Positions 26,261-37,827 of a stretch of DNA of 64,000 bases are shown here, in pieces. Under the pieces are notes generated by a model. It was not told where the DNA came from and searched no databases. It saw nothing but the letters and a program-made list of their open reading frames with translations. The stretch spans positions 37,510,001 to 37,574,000 of the forward strand of contig OX597829.1 of the NCBI GenBank assembly GCA_951406725.2. The letters are read 5' to 3'. Position 1 is the stretch's first letter. Each line of letters starts with the position of its first letter. The stretch comes from Octopus vulgaris. Taxonomy: Eukaryota. A program made the position numbers and the translations under genes.

Positions 26261-26785
26261 TCATTCATTCATTCATTCATAAACACATTGTATCCCTTTC
26301 ATTACTATCATTAGGCAGCGAGCTGGCAGAATCTTTTAACACGCCGGACAAAATGCTTCGCGACATTTCTCTCAGCTTTACGCTTTCGGTTTGAATTTTA
26401 TCGAAGTCGGATCTTTTCGGTTTGAACGGCAGTTTTTTTCTAGCGGTGTCATATGAAATTGTCACCCATAATTATGACCCTAGTATCGATCTATTGCATT
26501 TCAATCTGTTTTAGGGTTAGGATTAGGGGTGGGGGAAGGGTATCTTTTTTTCTTCACAAATGTAAATAAACCCAATCTGTTTCTTAAACGAGGGACATAT
26601 TCATACGGCACAGAATGTTCTTTACCTCAATAGACATCAGTGATTGGTTGAAATTGCAGAAATTGAAGAAAAAACCCCAACAAACTATAGAATTTTCTCA
26701 ATAAAGTCAAGAGAAAAAGATGTTTCATAAACACATTCTACCAGTATACGAAGTTTAAAATTTTTTAGTTACCTAGAAATTATGC

Positions 26786-26786
<1 letters not shown>

Positions 26787-26833
<47 letters not shown>

Positions 26834-26874
26834 CATCATCATCATCATTATTATTATTATTATTATTATTAATA

Positions 26875-26918
<44 letters not shown>
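26787..26918. repeat. (ATT)n/(ATC)n microsatellite
   Basis: Direct reading. Confidence 0.95.
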
Positions 26919-26922
<4 letters not shown>

Positions 26923-28039
26923 AAGCTATGACATCTCCAGTGCTTCCTTGTCGGTGAACAGGTGTGGTTGTCATTTGCTAGATGCATGTTACCCCAACTT
27001 GTCTCCTTGATGGAGCTGCAGTCCTAGGTCAAGCAGAGACTGAGAGAGAGCACTTAGAAAGTGGAATTGTTTTCAAGCACTCACTGTACTGAGCCACTCG
27101 ACCATTGCAATAGGAGGAAAATCTACATTAGCATTCTATAGAAGATTAGTGAGGAGAAAGCACGATGACATTTTTGGAGAGAGCCTGGGCATTGAAGATG
27201 ATTAACTTGCCGCTTTCTTTTGGAAAACTTTCAGCCCAGGGATAATGGATAACCTCCAGGAATCCCTGGCCTGGCAGTACTACCTGGAAATTTGCTAGTT
27301 CAAGATAAACTCTATAGGCAGAGAAGTGCCATCAGCTGAGCATGTCCGAAATGTGAGCAGGGTGATGAAACTACCCTGTACGCACTAATCCAGTGCCCGT
27401 GCATTGCTGACCTGTGGGTTTATGTTGAACACCCTGCTATCACGTGTAGGACGGATCCAGCTGTCAACTGAATCCATTGTGAAGATTGCTCTGCCACTTT
27501 CTTTTAACCGGAAAGGGCAAGCAGTTTTACGTAACTGGTAGCCCTGGTGAAAGAGGTTGTATTGTATGTTGGACATGATTAGAGGTGCTGAACACAAACA
27601 CTTTCCTCTTTGGTCAATCTCTCATCAACTTCTTCAAGTTTCACTCGAAAAGGAAAATAAGAGTGGAGTGGGAAGTGTTGTCTTCCAGCCACTTTGTAGA
27701 AAAGTGGATGATAGTAGCAAGCATGGTGCAAGTGAACGGGCCTACCCCGAGCATACGCATGTAAATCGGAGCTAAAGAACCAAGAAAAAGTATCTGCCCC
27801 AGAAGTCAGGACACACATAGTTTTATGGGGTTTTTCCATGAGCAGCCCTTGAACATTTCCTCCCTATTGACTCATTGTCAATATTCAATCATTGTAAAAA
27901 TGTATTTTATTTTATCTGGGTTTTTTTTGTTAAACCTATTTACACATCAAAACACATGCACACACATATACACACAATGTTCTGTCTTGTGCTGTCCTTA
28001 ATGTAGTAAAAAAAAAAATCATCATCATTGTCATCATTC

Positions 28040-31000
28040 ATTCAATCACTTAGCTTCTCCAGATTTATCTGTGTCATGTCTCAGCTCCATCCCCCAGATA
28101 AGTAATGCAACATTCTTTTCTTAACACACGAGCCGTTCTAAATATTGCTACCAACTGAATATTTCCTACAAAGTTTGGTATTTGCAGCTTTTGTTGCCAG
28201 AATATCGCTCTCTTTGAAATGGTTCCAACCACACTGGTTACAATAGGTGCCACACTCACTTTTCATGCTCTATGGATTTGTTTCACTTTGAATGCTAGGT
28301 CTTGGTACTTCCTCACTTTCTCACTCTCTGTCTTCACAATATTCTGGTCAGCAAGTATAGCTACGTCAATGCAGGTCCATTCTTTAGACTCCTTCTGTTA
28401 GAGAGTGATATCTGGTTGATTATGTTACAGCTTCTTGTCTGTGTATATTGGCAATCCCATATGAGTTTCACTTGATCATTCTCTGCTACTGGCAAAGGTT
28501 GGTGGTCATACCACTTGGAACATTCTAGCCCATACTTCTTGCACAACTCCCAGTGTATTCACACCACTACTTTGTTATGGCATGCTCTGTACTCCTTTTG
28601 GGTCAGTTTTGAACATCCACTAATTATATGCCTAACTGTCTCACATTATTTTTCACATAGTCTACACAAAGGTGATTCTGCTACACTTGACTGAGTTGGT
28701 TCGTAAAGCTTGTTCTTGAGCAACAAAAATCTGTCCTGTCTCCTTTAACAATTAATTTCTTAACTATTTCCAGGATTCTTCATCAGATGTTTGTTGGAAA
28801 AATTTTCCATGTAGGGCTTTCTCTTTCCAGTTGATAATCTTTTCTTTATTAATCCTTATATTAAACTCCTGGCAAGTCTCTCTATTGTCTATGATTGTCA
28901 TCTCACTCAGTGCAGCCTGCAACTTTCTTTCATCAATATTGCTCTGAGAGGCATGCAAGGATTTGATCTCCTTCACAATGCTTCTATGCTAACCAATCCT
29001 CTTCCACCTTCCTTTCTTGGCAGGTATACCTTTGCTACGTAACTTCTAGCATGACGGTACCCATGCATAGCCATTACCTTCCTAATTTTTCTACTCATGT
29101 TGACTAGTATTTCCTTTGTCCATTCCACAATTCCTGTGCAGTAACATATCACATCTGCAAACCAAACATTGATGTCTTTAATCAGGTTCCCTCCATTCAC
29201 ATTAGATCTGCATAGCTTTTTAACTCTTCTGGGATATTCAGAAGAAATTTTCTCCGTTATCTTGGTGTGCACCACCTGGCCTAATTGTAAGACACCAAGA
29301 TGCTTGTAACCTTCTCCGTTCACTTCTCTTATCCCTTCATCATCTGAAAGCCATACTTCACTACTGTGTACTTTTCACCTTTCTCTCTGTTCAATAACAG
29401 CACAATTCTCTATATCAAATGCCATCAGGATAACTTGAGAGAAAATTTGTACAGTCTGAATAAGGGAATCCAATTGATCTCTGCTGGATTTGTAGAGCTT
29501 CGATTCATCCATAAACTGCAGGTGATTGATTGGTCTCATGTTTTTCTGTAGATTGTAATCAGCTCTCATCTTTCTCAGAACTATGGAGAGTGGTAATATA
29601 TTTACAATAAAGAGTAAGAGTTAAATAGTATCTCCTTGAAAGATTCCCCTCTTGATTGTCCAATTTCTCTTTCGTCAGTAGTCAGAAGTGTCTTGCAGTT
29701 TCTCATACTCTTTTTGAATAAACAAATCCTATTTTTAGCTGTCCTGACCATCTCTAGGCATTTCAGAATCCACGAGTGAGGAACCATATCATATGCCTTC
29801 TTATAGTCAACCCCAGCCATTGATAGACTTGTTAACACATTTTGGTAGTTCCCAAGAATTGCCTTATCAATCAGCAGCTGATCCCTTGTTCCACGTGATC
29901 CCTTCTTGCAGCCTTTTTGTTCATTTTTTCAAGATGGTCATATAATTTCTTTCTCATTATCCCAGTAAAAAAAGCTTTTACATCATAGGTAAACATGTAG
30001 GGATAGGAGGTTCCAGGTTCAGTCCTACTGTGTGGCACCTTGGGCAAGTGTTTTCTACTATAGCGTTGAGCTGACCAAAGCCTTGTGAGTGGATTTGGTA
30101 GACGGAAACTGAAAGAAACCCGTGGTATATATGTACATATGTGTGTGTGTGCATATGTTTGTGTGTCTGTGTTTGTCCCCACCCCCAACATCGCTTGACA
30201 ACCGATGGTGGTGTGTTTACGTCCCTGTAACATAGTGGTTTGGCAAAAGAGACCAATAGAATAAGTGCTGGGCTTACAAAGAATAAGTCCTGGGGTTGAT
30301 TTCCTCGACTAAAGGTGGTGCTCCAGCATGGCCACAATGAAATGACTGAAACAAGTAAAAGAGTAAGCAATTGGACAATAGTTACTGGCCATGGCACCCT
30401 TTACTAGATTCTTCTGAATCAGCACAATTCTTCCTTTGACTACAGTTCCTTTGTATACACCGTCTTACAGGAGTTTTTGTAGTTCATAACCATGAACCCA
30501 GAATCCTGAACTTGGTCCGGGCCAGCTACCTTCCAATTTCTCATCTTACCAACTTCAGCTTCAATATCTTCCAAAGTGATAATAATGTCCTCCAGTATTT
30601 CCATATCTTTCGATTCTTCTTCCACTTCATGGGGCCAAGGCATCCTGTTGCTATGTTTGACATTCTCTGATCATATGTTGCTCCAAAATGAAGTTGCTTC
30701 TTTGGGATCAGGTAACTCTACTTCTTTATTTCCTCCATCCAGAACAGGTTCTGATTTTTTCTAAACTGTTGATCTTATCTTCATTTGCTTTGATCTTTTA
30801 ACATATCCAATATAACTAGAGTGCCTTTATGCAGCAGGTGGTATTTCTTATTCATGCAATTCTGTTCTCTATCATTGAGCCTCATATTTCCTCTCCTTAC
30901 TTCCATGGTTATAGTGAAATCTATGTGTTGCTGCTTTCTTTTAATCTCCTTTTCTAGAATGGTTCTTTGTTCCTTTGCATTTCCTTTTCTAAAACATTCC

Positions 31001-31150
31001 TATCTTCTCTGTAATGACATAAGCAGAGGAATACATCTAGGAATTTAACTCGGTGATGCTCTTAATTGAAATTCTCATGACAACTTCATTCGTTTTCCTG
31101 AGTTCTGATCTTAGCTTTGCTCAATCACATGATTTCAATGATGGTAAACT
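28040..31150 (-). mobile_element. Degenerate R4/Dong-type (RLE) non-LTR retrotransposon
   Basis: Frameshifted RT fragments ([18 protein letters not shown]; INHLQFMDESKLY; YKHLGVLQ) and a C-terminal CCHC/RLE region (CKKYGL..KWYDHQP..ENDQVKLIWD; APIVTSVVGTI; RTARVLRK). Interrupted by a SINE at ~30010-30365. Confidence 0.85.
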
Positions 31151-32511
31151 TTCAGGTAGTGTAAATTACCACTGCATTGGATTTTTTGTGATAAATTTTA
31201 CAGTTGTAGGGGAGAGGAGCTTCAGTTAATTCACACAAGCTGACTTTGTTTCCTCATAACTTTCAGATAAATCATCATCATCATCATTTAATGTCCACTT
31301 TCCATGCTAGCATGGGTTGGACAGTTTGACTGTGGGCTGGCGAACCAGATGGCTGCACCAGACTCCAGTCTTGATCTGGCAGAGTTTCTACAGCTGGATG
31401 CCCTTCCTAATGCCAACCACTCTGAAATGGATGTCTTTAATGAAATTTCCTACATATACCTTTCAGATGGTGTTAGATTACTATTATATCAGAATTTAAT
31501 GTGAAAAAAAAATTTTTTTAAACGGTGGGTGTGCACATATATAACTACAAAATGGAATTTGAAATTTTGGAAACATTATGTGATGTATGTCAATATGTGC
31601 ATGTGACTGCTCGCCAATTATTTTTAGACTCTAATTTTGATATAATTGTAACCTACACAATCTGAAAGGTATTTGTAGAAAATGTCATTTAAAATTATGC
31701 ATTTTGTCTGAAAGTTATGAGGAAATAAAACGGCTTAAGTGTCACACTTGTATAGGTATACCCAGCCAGCAAAGTTCAACTACAAAGGTGGTCTTTGACA
31801 ATTCGATTCAAATGCATCACAACACATCACATATATATGAAACCAGCTCTTACTTCTCATCTGATAGGGACTGCTTATCATGGTAGCAGAGGAACCATTT
31901 TGCATTCCAAGTTCTCCACTTTCACCAGAAAACATTAAACCGATGCCTATGAGTGCAACTGGAAAGAAATTACAACCTTTTGGCGAAATGATCTCATCAT
32001 GATTTCATCAGATTGAAGTAGCGTTTGCTTCAAGGAACATCTATGTCTTTTCTTATCGTTTGAGTGACTGCTCATAATGAAAGTCCAGTTGGAGTGCCAT
32101 GTGGAACTTAATCTAAGTTGAAACGAACAAGATTATGCACCTCATACAAGGGGCGTTCATTAAAGGTTTCCCCTGACCCACTTCCCAAGAACCGGGATAA
32201 ACGGAACTTGGCATAGTTATTAGTCCTTTTCTACATAGTCACCACCAATTGTGATACACTGCTCCCATCGGTTTATGCAGCAGTGAAAACCTCATCGGTA
32301 GAAGTTGGTGGTTGCATCTGGAACCAAGATTTTACCCCGGAAATAAGTTCATCATCATCCGTAAAGTGCTTCCCCTTCAAAAAAGACTTGGTGGTTGAAA
32401 AGAGGTGGAAGTCACTTAAAAAAATAAAGAAATTATTTTCAACACAAAAACTAACATAAAAAACTGTCTCTGTTTACTCTATATAGACAGTATATCTTTT
32501 TTTCATTTTTT

Positions 32512-32571
32512 TTCAACAAAAACTGTCCGACGAACGGGAACGGGAAACTCAGAGTAACAGGTTTTGTTGAA
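32512..32571 (+). ncRNA. Minimal type I hammerhead ribozyme motif (U4C variant)
   Basis: 15-bp stem I (TTCAACAAAAACTGT/ACAGGTTTTGTTGAA) closes CCGACGA-ACGGGAACGG-GAAA-CTCAGAG-TA. Confidence 0.65.
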
Positions 32572-32832
32572 TTTCTGCTGCTTTTAAATAAAGCATATTA
32601 CTCTACCCCTGGTATTTGAGTACTCTTTTTTCCACCTTGTTTCACATTTATGTGTTTACTCCGGTATAATACAATATATATATATATATATATATATAAA
32701 TTAGAAAAAACCACCTTTTATCAATTCAAAATGAACAATTAAATTTACACCATCTAGAAAGTTAGATATAATAGAAATTTGTAAGTTTGGATTTATATTC
32801 CCTCAAATAATAATAATCATATTTATATATAG

Positions 32833-33117
32833 TGGAGTGGTTAGAGCAGCGGACTCGCGGTCGTAGGATCGCGGTTTCGATTCCCAGACCGGGTGTTGTG
32901 AGTGTTTATTGAGCGAAAACACCTAAAAGCTCCACGATGCTCCGGCAAGGGGTGCTGATCCCTGCTGTACTCTTTCACCACTCTTTCTCTCACTCTTTCT
33001 TCTGTTGGCCTGCTTGCTTAGCCAGTTGAATGGCGTCATTCGAAGGCTAAAATAATGCGAACGCATTGTGACCAGCAATGTGTAACAACATCTGATGGTC
33101 TGGTCAGTCACGGTGAT

Positions 33118-33125
<8 letters not shown>
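32833..33125 (+). mobile_element. tRNA-derived SINE family C ending in TCACGTGA-(TA)n
   Basis: TGGAGTGGTTAGAGCAGCGGACT..GGTTTCGATTCCC head. Minus-strand copies at ~35823-36047 and ~36823-37068 also abut (TA)n. Confidence 0.75.
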
Positions 33126-33161
<36 letters not shown>

Positions 33162-33169
33162 CTGTACAC

Positions 33170-33348
33170 CAGTGGTTTTCAACCAGGGTTCCGCAAGAAG
33201 TTACAAAAATGCTAAAATCGACAGTAATTTTTAATTCTCCTGTGCAGATATGTGTGCATAAGACAATTAAATTATTGCACAGGGGTTCCTCGAGCCAGTG
33301 GAACGTTTCCTTGGTGTTCCGCTTCAGCAAAAAGTTTGAAAAGCACTG
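33170..33348. mobile_element. hAT (Charlie-like) MITE
   Basis: CAGTGGTTTTCAA...TTTGAAAAGCACTG TIRs with an ~8-bp TSD CTGTACAC. Confidence 0.8.
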
Positions 33349-33429
33349 CCTGTACACTATACTGCATAATACAGTAATATTGTACAGTGTTGCCGGATTT
33401 TTGAAAGCCGGATAAGAGTTCCGGTATTG

Positions 33430-33535
33430 TATCGTAGCCAATGCAAAAAATTTTGATTTAAGTAAGAAAGTAACAAGAGTTATCCTTCCATGTGTAAATC
33501 ATAGAGGAAGTCGCCTGTACCGGAAGTTCGTCAGT
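33430..33535 (+). promoter_or_regulatory. Putative housekeeping promoter of the beta-adaptin gene
   Basis: CCAAT (~33438), two ETS-type sites (AGGAAGT ~33505, CCGGAAGT 33520) and an Inr-like TCAGT in locally CpG-retaining DNA. Confidence 0.55.
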
Positions 33536-33637
33536 GCTCTCATTAAAAGTCATTCAGTGGTTTCTTGTTTCTCCCTCAAACCACGTAAAACATATAAAAC
33601 ATTTCTTCTACGTTGCACATAAAACTCTTTGGAAACG
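33531..33637 (+). other. AP1B1: Putative non-coding first exon of the beta-adaptin gene
   Basis: Inr-like TCAGT at 33531 just after CCGGAAGT; no ATG; strong donor ACG|GTAAGT at 33638. The ATG-bearing exon begins with an acceptor (TTGCAG ending 53126), so an upstream exon is required. Confidence 0.65.
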
Positions 33638-34329
33638 GTAAGTTTGTCTTCAATCATTTACTATTACGTTTATAAAGAAAACATGATTTACCTATATCGC
33701 TCATGGCCTATTTCTTAAATCCGCTGCCATCCGTTTAAATATATATATCTAATTAATATTTTAAGCAGGAAGCTCTCTCTCTCTCTTTCTCTCGCCTCCT
33801 CTTCGCTTCTGCCATTAAGTGAAGGTTTAGAATTAGATTGATTGTTGTACTAATTGCTTGTAATTCCTTTTTAACAACGTAATACGTTAGAGCTAGAGTA
33901 TTTTGTATTGTCTGTTAAATCGATATTTCGATAATACTATTAATTATATAATGGCAATATCTTCAGGAACGATGTCAATCGTAGCAGACACACCCCTCAA
34001 CGAAGGGGAGTCATTTGTATTTCTACTTCATCAATGTTTTTCTCTTTCTCATCATAACATCAATAAATTACATACATACGTTCAGACACCCACCCACACA
34101 TATATATATAACTGTGTATGCCAGTATAATAAACACTGTATAATAAGAAGGTTGTTTAAAAATAAAATTTCATTTTTTTTTCCATTCATTTGTTTTACTT
34201 CCCTTCTTGCTGTAGTCGCCTACATTAGTATCGAACCGTATTGATAGGATATCTGTCTTCATATATGAATTAGAAGCATACATACTCACATTTCTCAACA
34301 CTGATATATTAGTAGTTTCTTATTGAGAA

Positions 34330-34727
34330 CTAGCAGTATCGTCCGGCGTTGCTCGTGTTTGTAAGGGAAATAACTATATAAGCATTTTTAGAGAGTTATA
34401 GCCAAATAATAGCAAAAAATGCATTAAAAATGGAAAAAAAAATGATGGTAAATTCTTTTAAAAATCGTTGACTAATCGTAGACATTTTTAGAGAGTTACT
34501 TCCCTTATTTAATAGCGAAAAAATGCATTAAAATGGAAAAAAATTATTGTAAATTTTTTTTAAAATCGTAGACTCATCGTAGACGCGCGCTAATACCCAG
34601 AAGGGCTCGATATGAATCACGACTATAAGATACCCGGTTTTGGTTAATCTGCACCGCAAAATGTGGGAGTAGTTAGGAATCTAAATCGTAGGAGACAGAC
34701 ACACAACTTCTCTTTTATATATAAAGA
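34330..34727 (-). mobile_element. Non-autonomous Helitron
   Basis: On the minus strand: A|TC start, subterminal hairpin, CTAG|T end, internal partial duplication. Second copy at 60956-61266. Confidence 0.75.
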
Positions 34728-34813
34728 TTACATATTAGATGCTCTCAGACGGGTTGCTTTATTTTTCCTATAAGTATGTATATTGAAAATGTCATCTTAA
34801 TTTTGCATGTGTG

Positions 34814-34877
<64 letters not shown>

Positions 34878-35241
34878 TATATATTAACCCATATTTTAGT
34901 GACGTCTATATATTTGCTTTTAGGTTGTTGAATTGGTAATAAGCCATTGCTGAATGGGGTTTATTTTTATTATAAAAATAACGAAACCGCTATTTATTTT
35001 GTGAAATATGAATTCATTTAGGTTTTCTTTTCCTGTTGTTATAAATTTTGCATTTTAGTTTTAGTCATTCATTGAGTCGCAATTGCAAGTACTGTTTAAA
35101 GGTGTTACTTTTAAATATTTAATATTGAAGATTTTGGGGGAAAAGTTATCTCAAGTCCTCAGTTTTGTAAAACGTACATCTGCTAACATTTAAAAAAAAA
35201 ATCTCTACCCTACATAATTATTTATATATATATTTTTAATA

Positions 35242-35465
35242 TTGAGTTGGTGCATAATTATTGCGGCTTTTGTTCAACAAAATCAATAACATGTAACAAA
35301 AATATCTTTAAATGATTATTCGGGAGCATATTCACCATCTACTTCAATTACTGCTTCCCGTTTGCTTGGCAGACGACCCGACCGTCATTTAAAGATATTT
35401 TTGTTAAATATTGTTATTGATTTTGTTGGGGGTGGAGAAGCCGCAATAATTATGCACCAACCCAA
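35242..35465. mobile_element. Mariner MITE with Hsmar1/MADE1-like TIRs
   Basis: TTG(A/G)GTTGGTGCATAATTATTGCGGCTT inverted repeats with TA target-site duplications. Confidence 0.8.
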
Positions 35466-35766
35466 TAGTATCCTCCCACTAAAAGTGTGTGTGTGTGTAT
35501 GTTTGATAAAGGCAGTCGCAGCCCTTGAGTCACGTATATAAATTTACAGTCAAATTATTTCGTTTCACAAATGTGAGAAAAAGTTCTCAGTACATATATA
35601 TATATATATACATGTATATACTATTGTTTACATATTATTTAAAATCAGATATACTGTTGTAACTCGGATATTCTTGTCGACCATTAGTAATATAATTATA
35701 CTCCTATATGATTAGCAGTTGACGCCAAACTCCAGAGTAGCAACGTCGTGATATTTCAGAACTCCA

Positions 35767-35830
<64 letters not shown>

Positions 35831-36633
35831 ACCGACCAGACCATTAGATGTTGTTACACATCACTGGTCACAATGCGTTCGCATTGTTTTAGCCTTCAAT
35901 GACGCCACCCCGCTGGCTAAGCGAGCAGGCCAACAGAAGAAAGAGTGAGAGAAAGAGTGGTGAAAGAGTACAGCAGGGATCACCACCCCCTGTCGGAGCC
36001 CCGTGGAGCTTTTTAGGTGTTTTCGCTCAATAAACACACACAACGCCCTCCATATATACTCTTACTCTTTTACTTGTTTCAGTCATTTGACTGCGGCCAT
36101 GCTGGAGCACCGCCTTTAGTCGAGCAAATCGACCCCGGGACTTATTCTTTGTAAGCCCAGTACTTATTCTATCGGTCTCTTTTTGCCGAACCGCTAAGTT
36201 ACGGGACGTAAACACACCAGCAAACACGGACAGACAAACACACACACACATATATACATATATACGACAGGCTTCTTTCAGTTTCCGTCTACCAAATCCA
36301 CTCACAAGGCATTGGTCGGCCCGGGGCTATAGCAGAAGACACTTGCCCAAGATGCCACGCAGTGGGACTGAACCCGGAACCATGTGGTTGGTAAGCAAGC
36401 TACTTACCACGCAGCCACTCCTGCGCCTATATATATATATCATCATCATCATCGTTTAACGTCCGTTCTCCATGGACGGTTTGACCGGGGATCTGGGAAG
36501 CCAGAAGGCTCCACCAGGCTCCAGTCTTATCTGGCAATGTTTCTACAGCTGGATGCCCTTCCTATATATATATATATATTTTTGGATTTGGTTTGCAAGA
36601 TTCTTTATATGAGTTCGTGTGTTGGAGCATATT

Positions 36634-36801
36634 CTGTTGTCTCTTGAGAGATTCATTTTCTTGTTGTGCCTTATAATTTAATACACTCACCGGTAAAATG
36701 TCCACTTATTTCTTATTTCTCAGAAAGAAGTGGAAATTTTACTGGTGAGTGTGTTAAATTATAAGGCACAAAAAGAAAATGACTCTCCCCAGACACAACA
36801 G
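36634..36801. repeat. Imperfect inverted repeat (~74-bp arms, 20-nt spacer)
   Basis: CTGTTGT..GTGCCTTATAATTTAATACACTCACCGGTAAAATGTCCACTT versus its reverse complement at 36728-36801. Confidence 0.85.
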
Positions 36802-37069
36802 TGTATATAAATATATATATATATCACGTGATCACGTGACCGACCAGGCTATCAGATGTTGCTACACATCGCTGGTCACAATGCATTTCGCATTGTTTTG
36901 GCCTACAAGTGACGCCACCCCACTGGCTAAGCGAGCAGGCCAACAGAAGAAAGAGTGAGAGAAGGTTGTGGCGAAAGAGTACAGCAGGGGTCCCCCCCCC
37001 CTGCCAGAGCCTCGTGGAGTTTTAGGTATTTTCGTTCAATAAACACACAACGCCCGGTCTGGGAACTCC

Positions 37070-37113
<44 letters not shown>

Positions 37114-37791
37114 AAAATCAAGATCAGTGAGAATGTAGATCAATTCACTAAGACAATAAGTATATTTATAGATAAACATGACAATATTCTTATGATTTTC
37201 TTGCATATTTTCTTCACATTTATCCATTTGTGAAATAAAACCTACTTTTTGGTATGTCTTGAAGGGACACTGGCATCTCATAGGACTAGTTATGATGATA
37301 TTGAATCTAGTGAAGAAATAGTTCAGATTTGTTTGAGAAACCCTATTCTGTTATTTGTTTTGGTCATTTGACTGTGGCCACACTGGAGCACCACCTTTAG
37401 TCGAACAAATCGACCCCAGGACTTATTCTTTCTAAGCCTAGCACTTAATCTATCGGTCTGTTTTGCTGAACCGCTAAGTTTCGGAGACATAAACACACCA
37501 ACATCAGTTGCCAAGCAATAGTGAGGGGGCGGGAGTAAACACACACACTATATATATTTATATATATATATATATATTTATAATGTAGCAATAAGAAAAC
37601 GGAGAGGATCAATAGATAGTTCATCAACTTTTAGACATTATATTATGTTAACTTAATTATTTACTAAACTGAACTGATAATTACAATAATATACATATAA
37701 CATATTATGCTTTACATATAAGATATAAAATATAGTAATATATAAGGATACCAGTAATTATTATAAAATAACAAACACGAATATAAATTGG

Positions 37792-37827
<36 letters not shown>

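Noticed and set aside
26510-26545. True telomere or chromosome fusion site
   Set aside because: Only two to three hexamers inside a dispersed element.
28760-28795. CTGATGA...GAAA on the minus strand
   Set aside because: Lies inside LINE coding remnant (SDEESWK) with no supporting stems. The CTGATGA at 9229 and 42243 fail for lack of stems too.
32833-32890. tRNA gene
   Set aside because: tRNA-like SINE head that continues into the SINE body, with no complete cloverleaf; the same holds for family A and B heads.
32923-33441. 172-aa minus-strand ORF near the promoter
   Set aside because: Composed of hAT MITE, (TA)n and SINE sequence.
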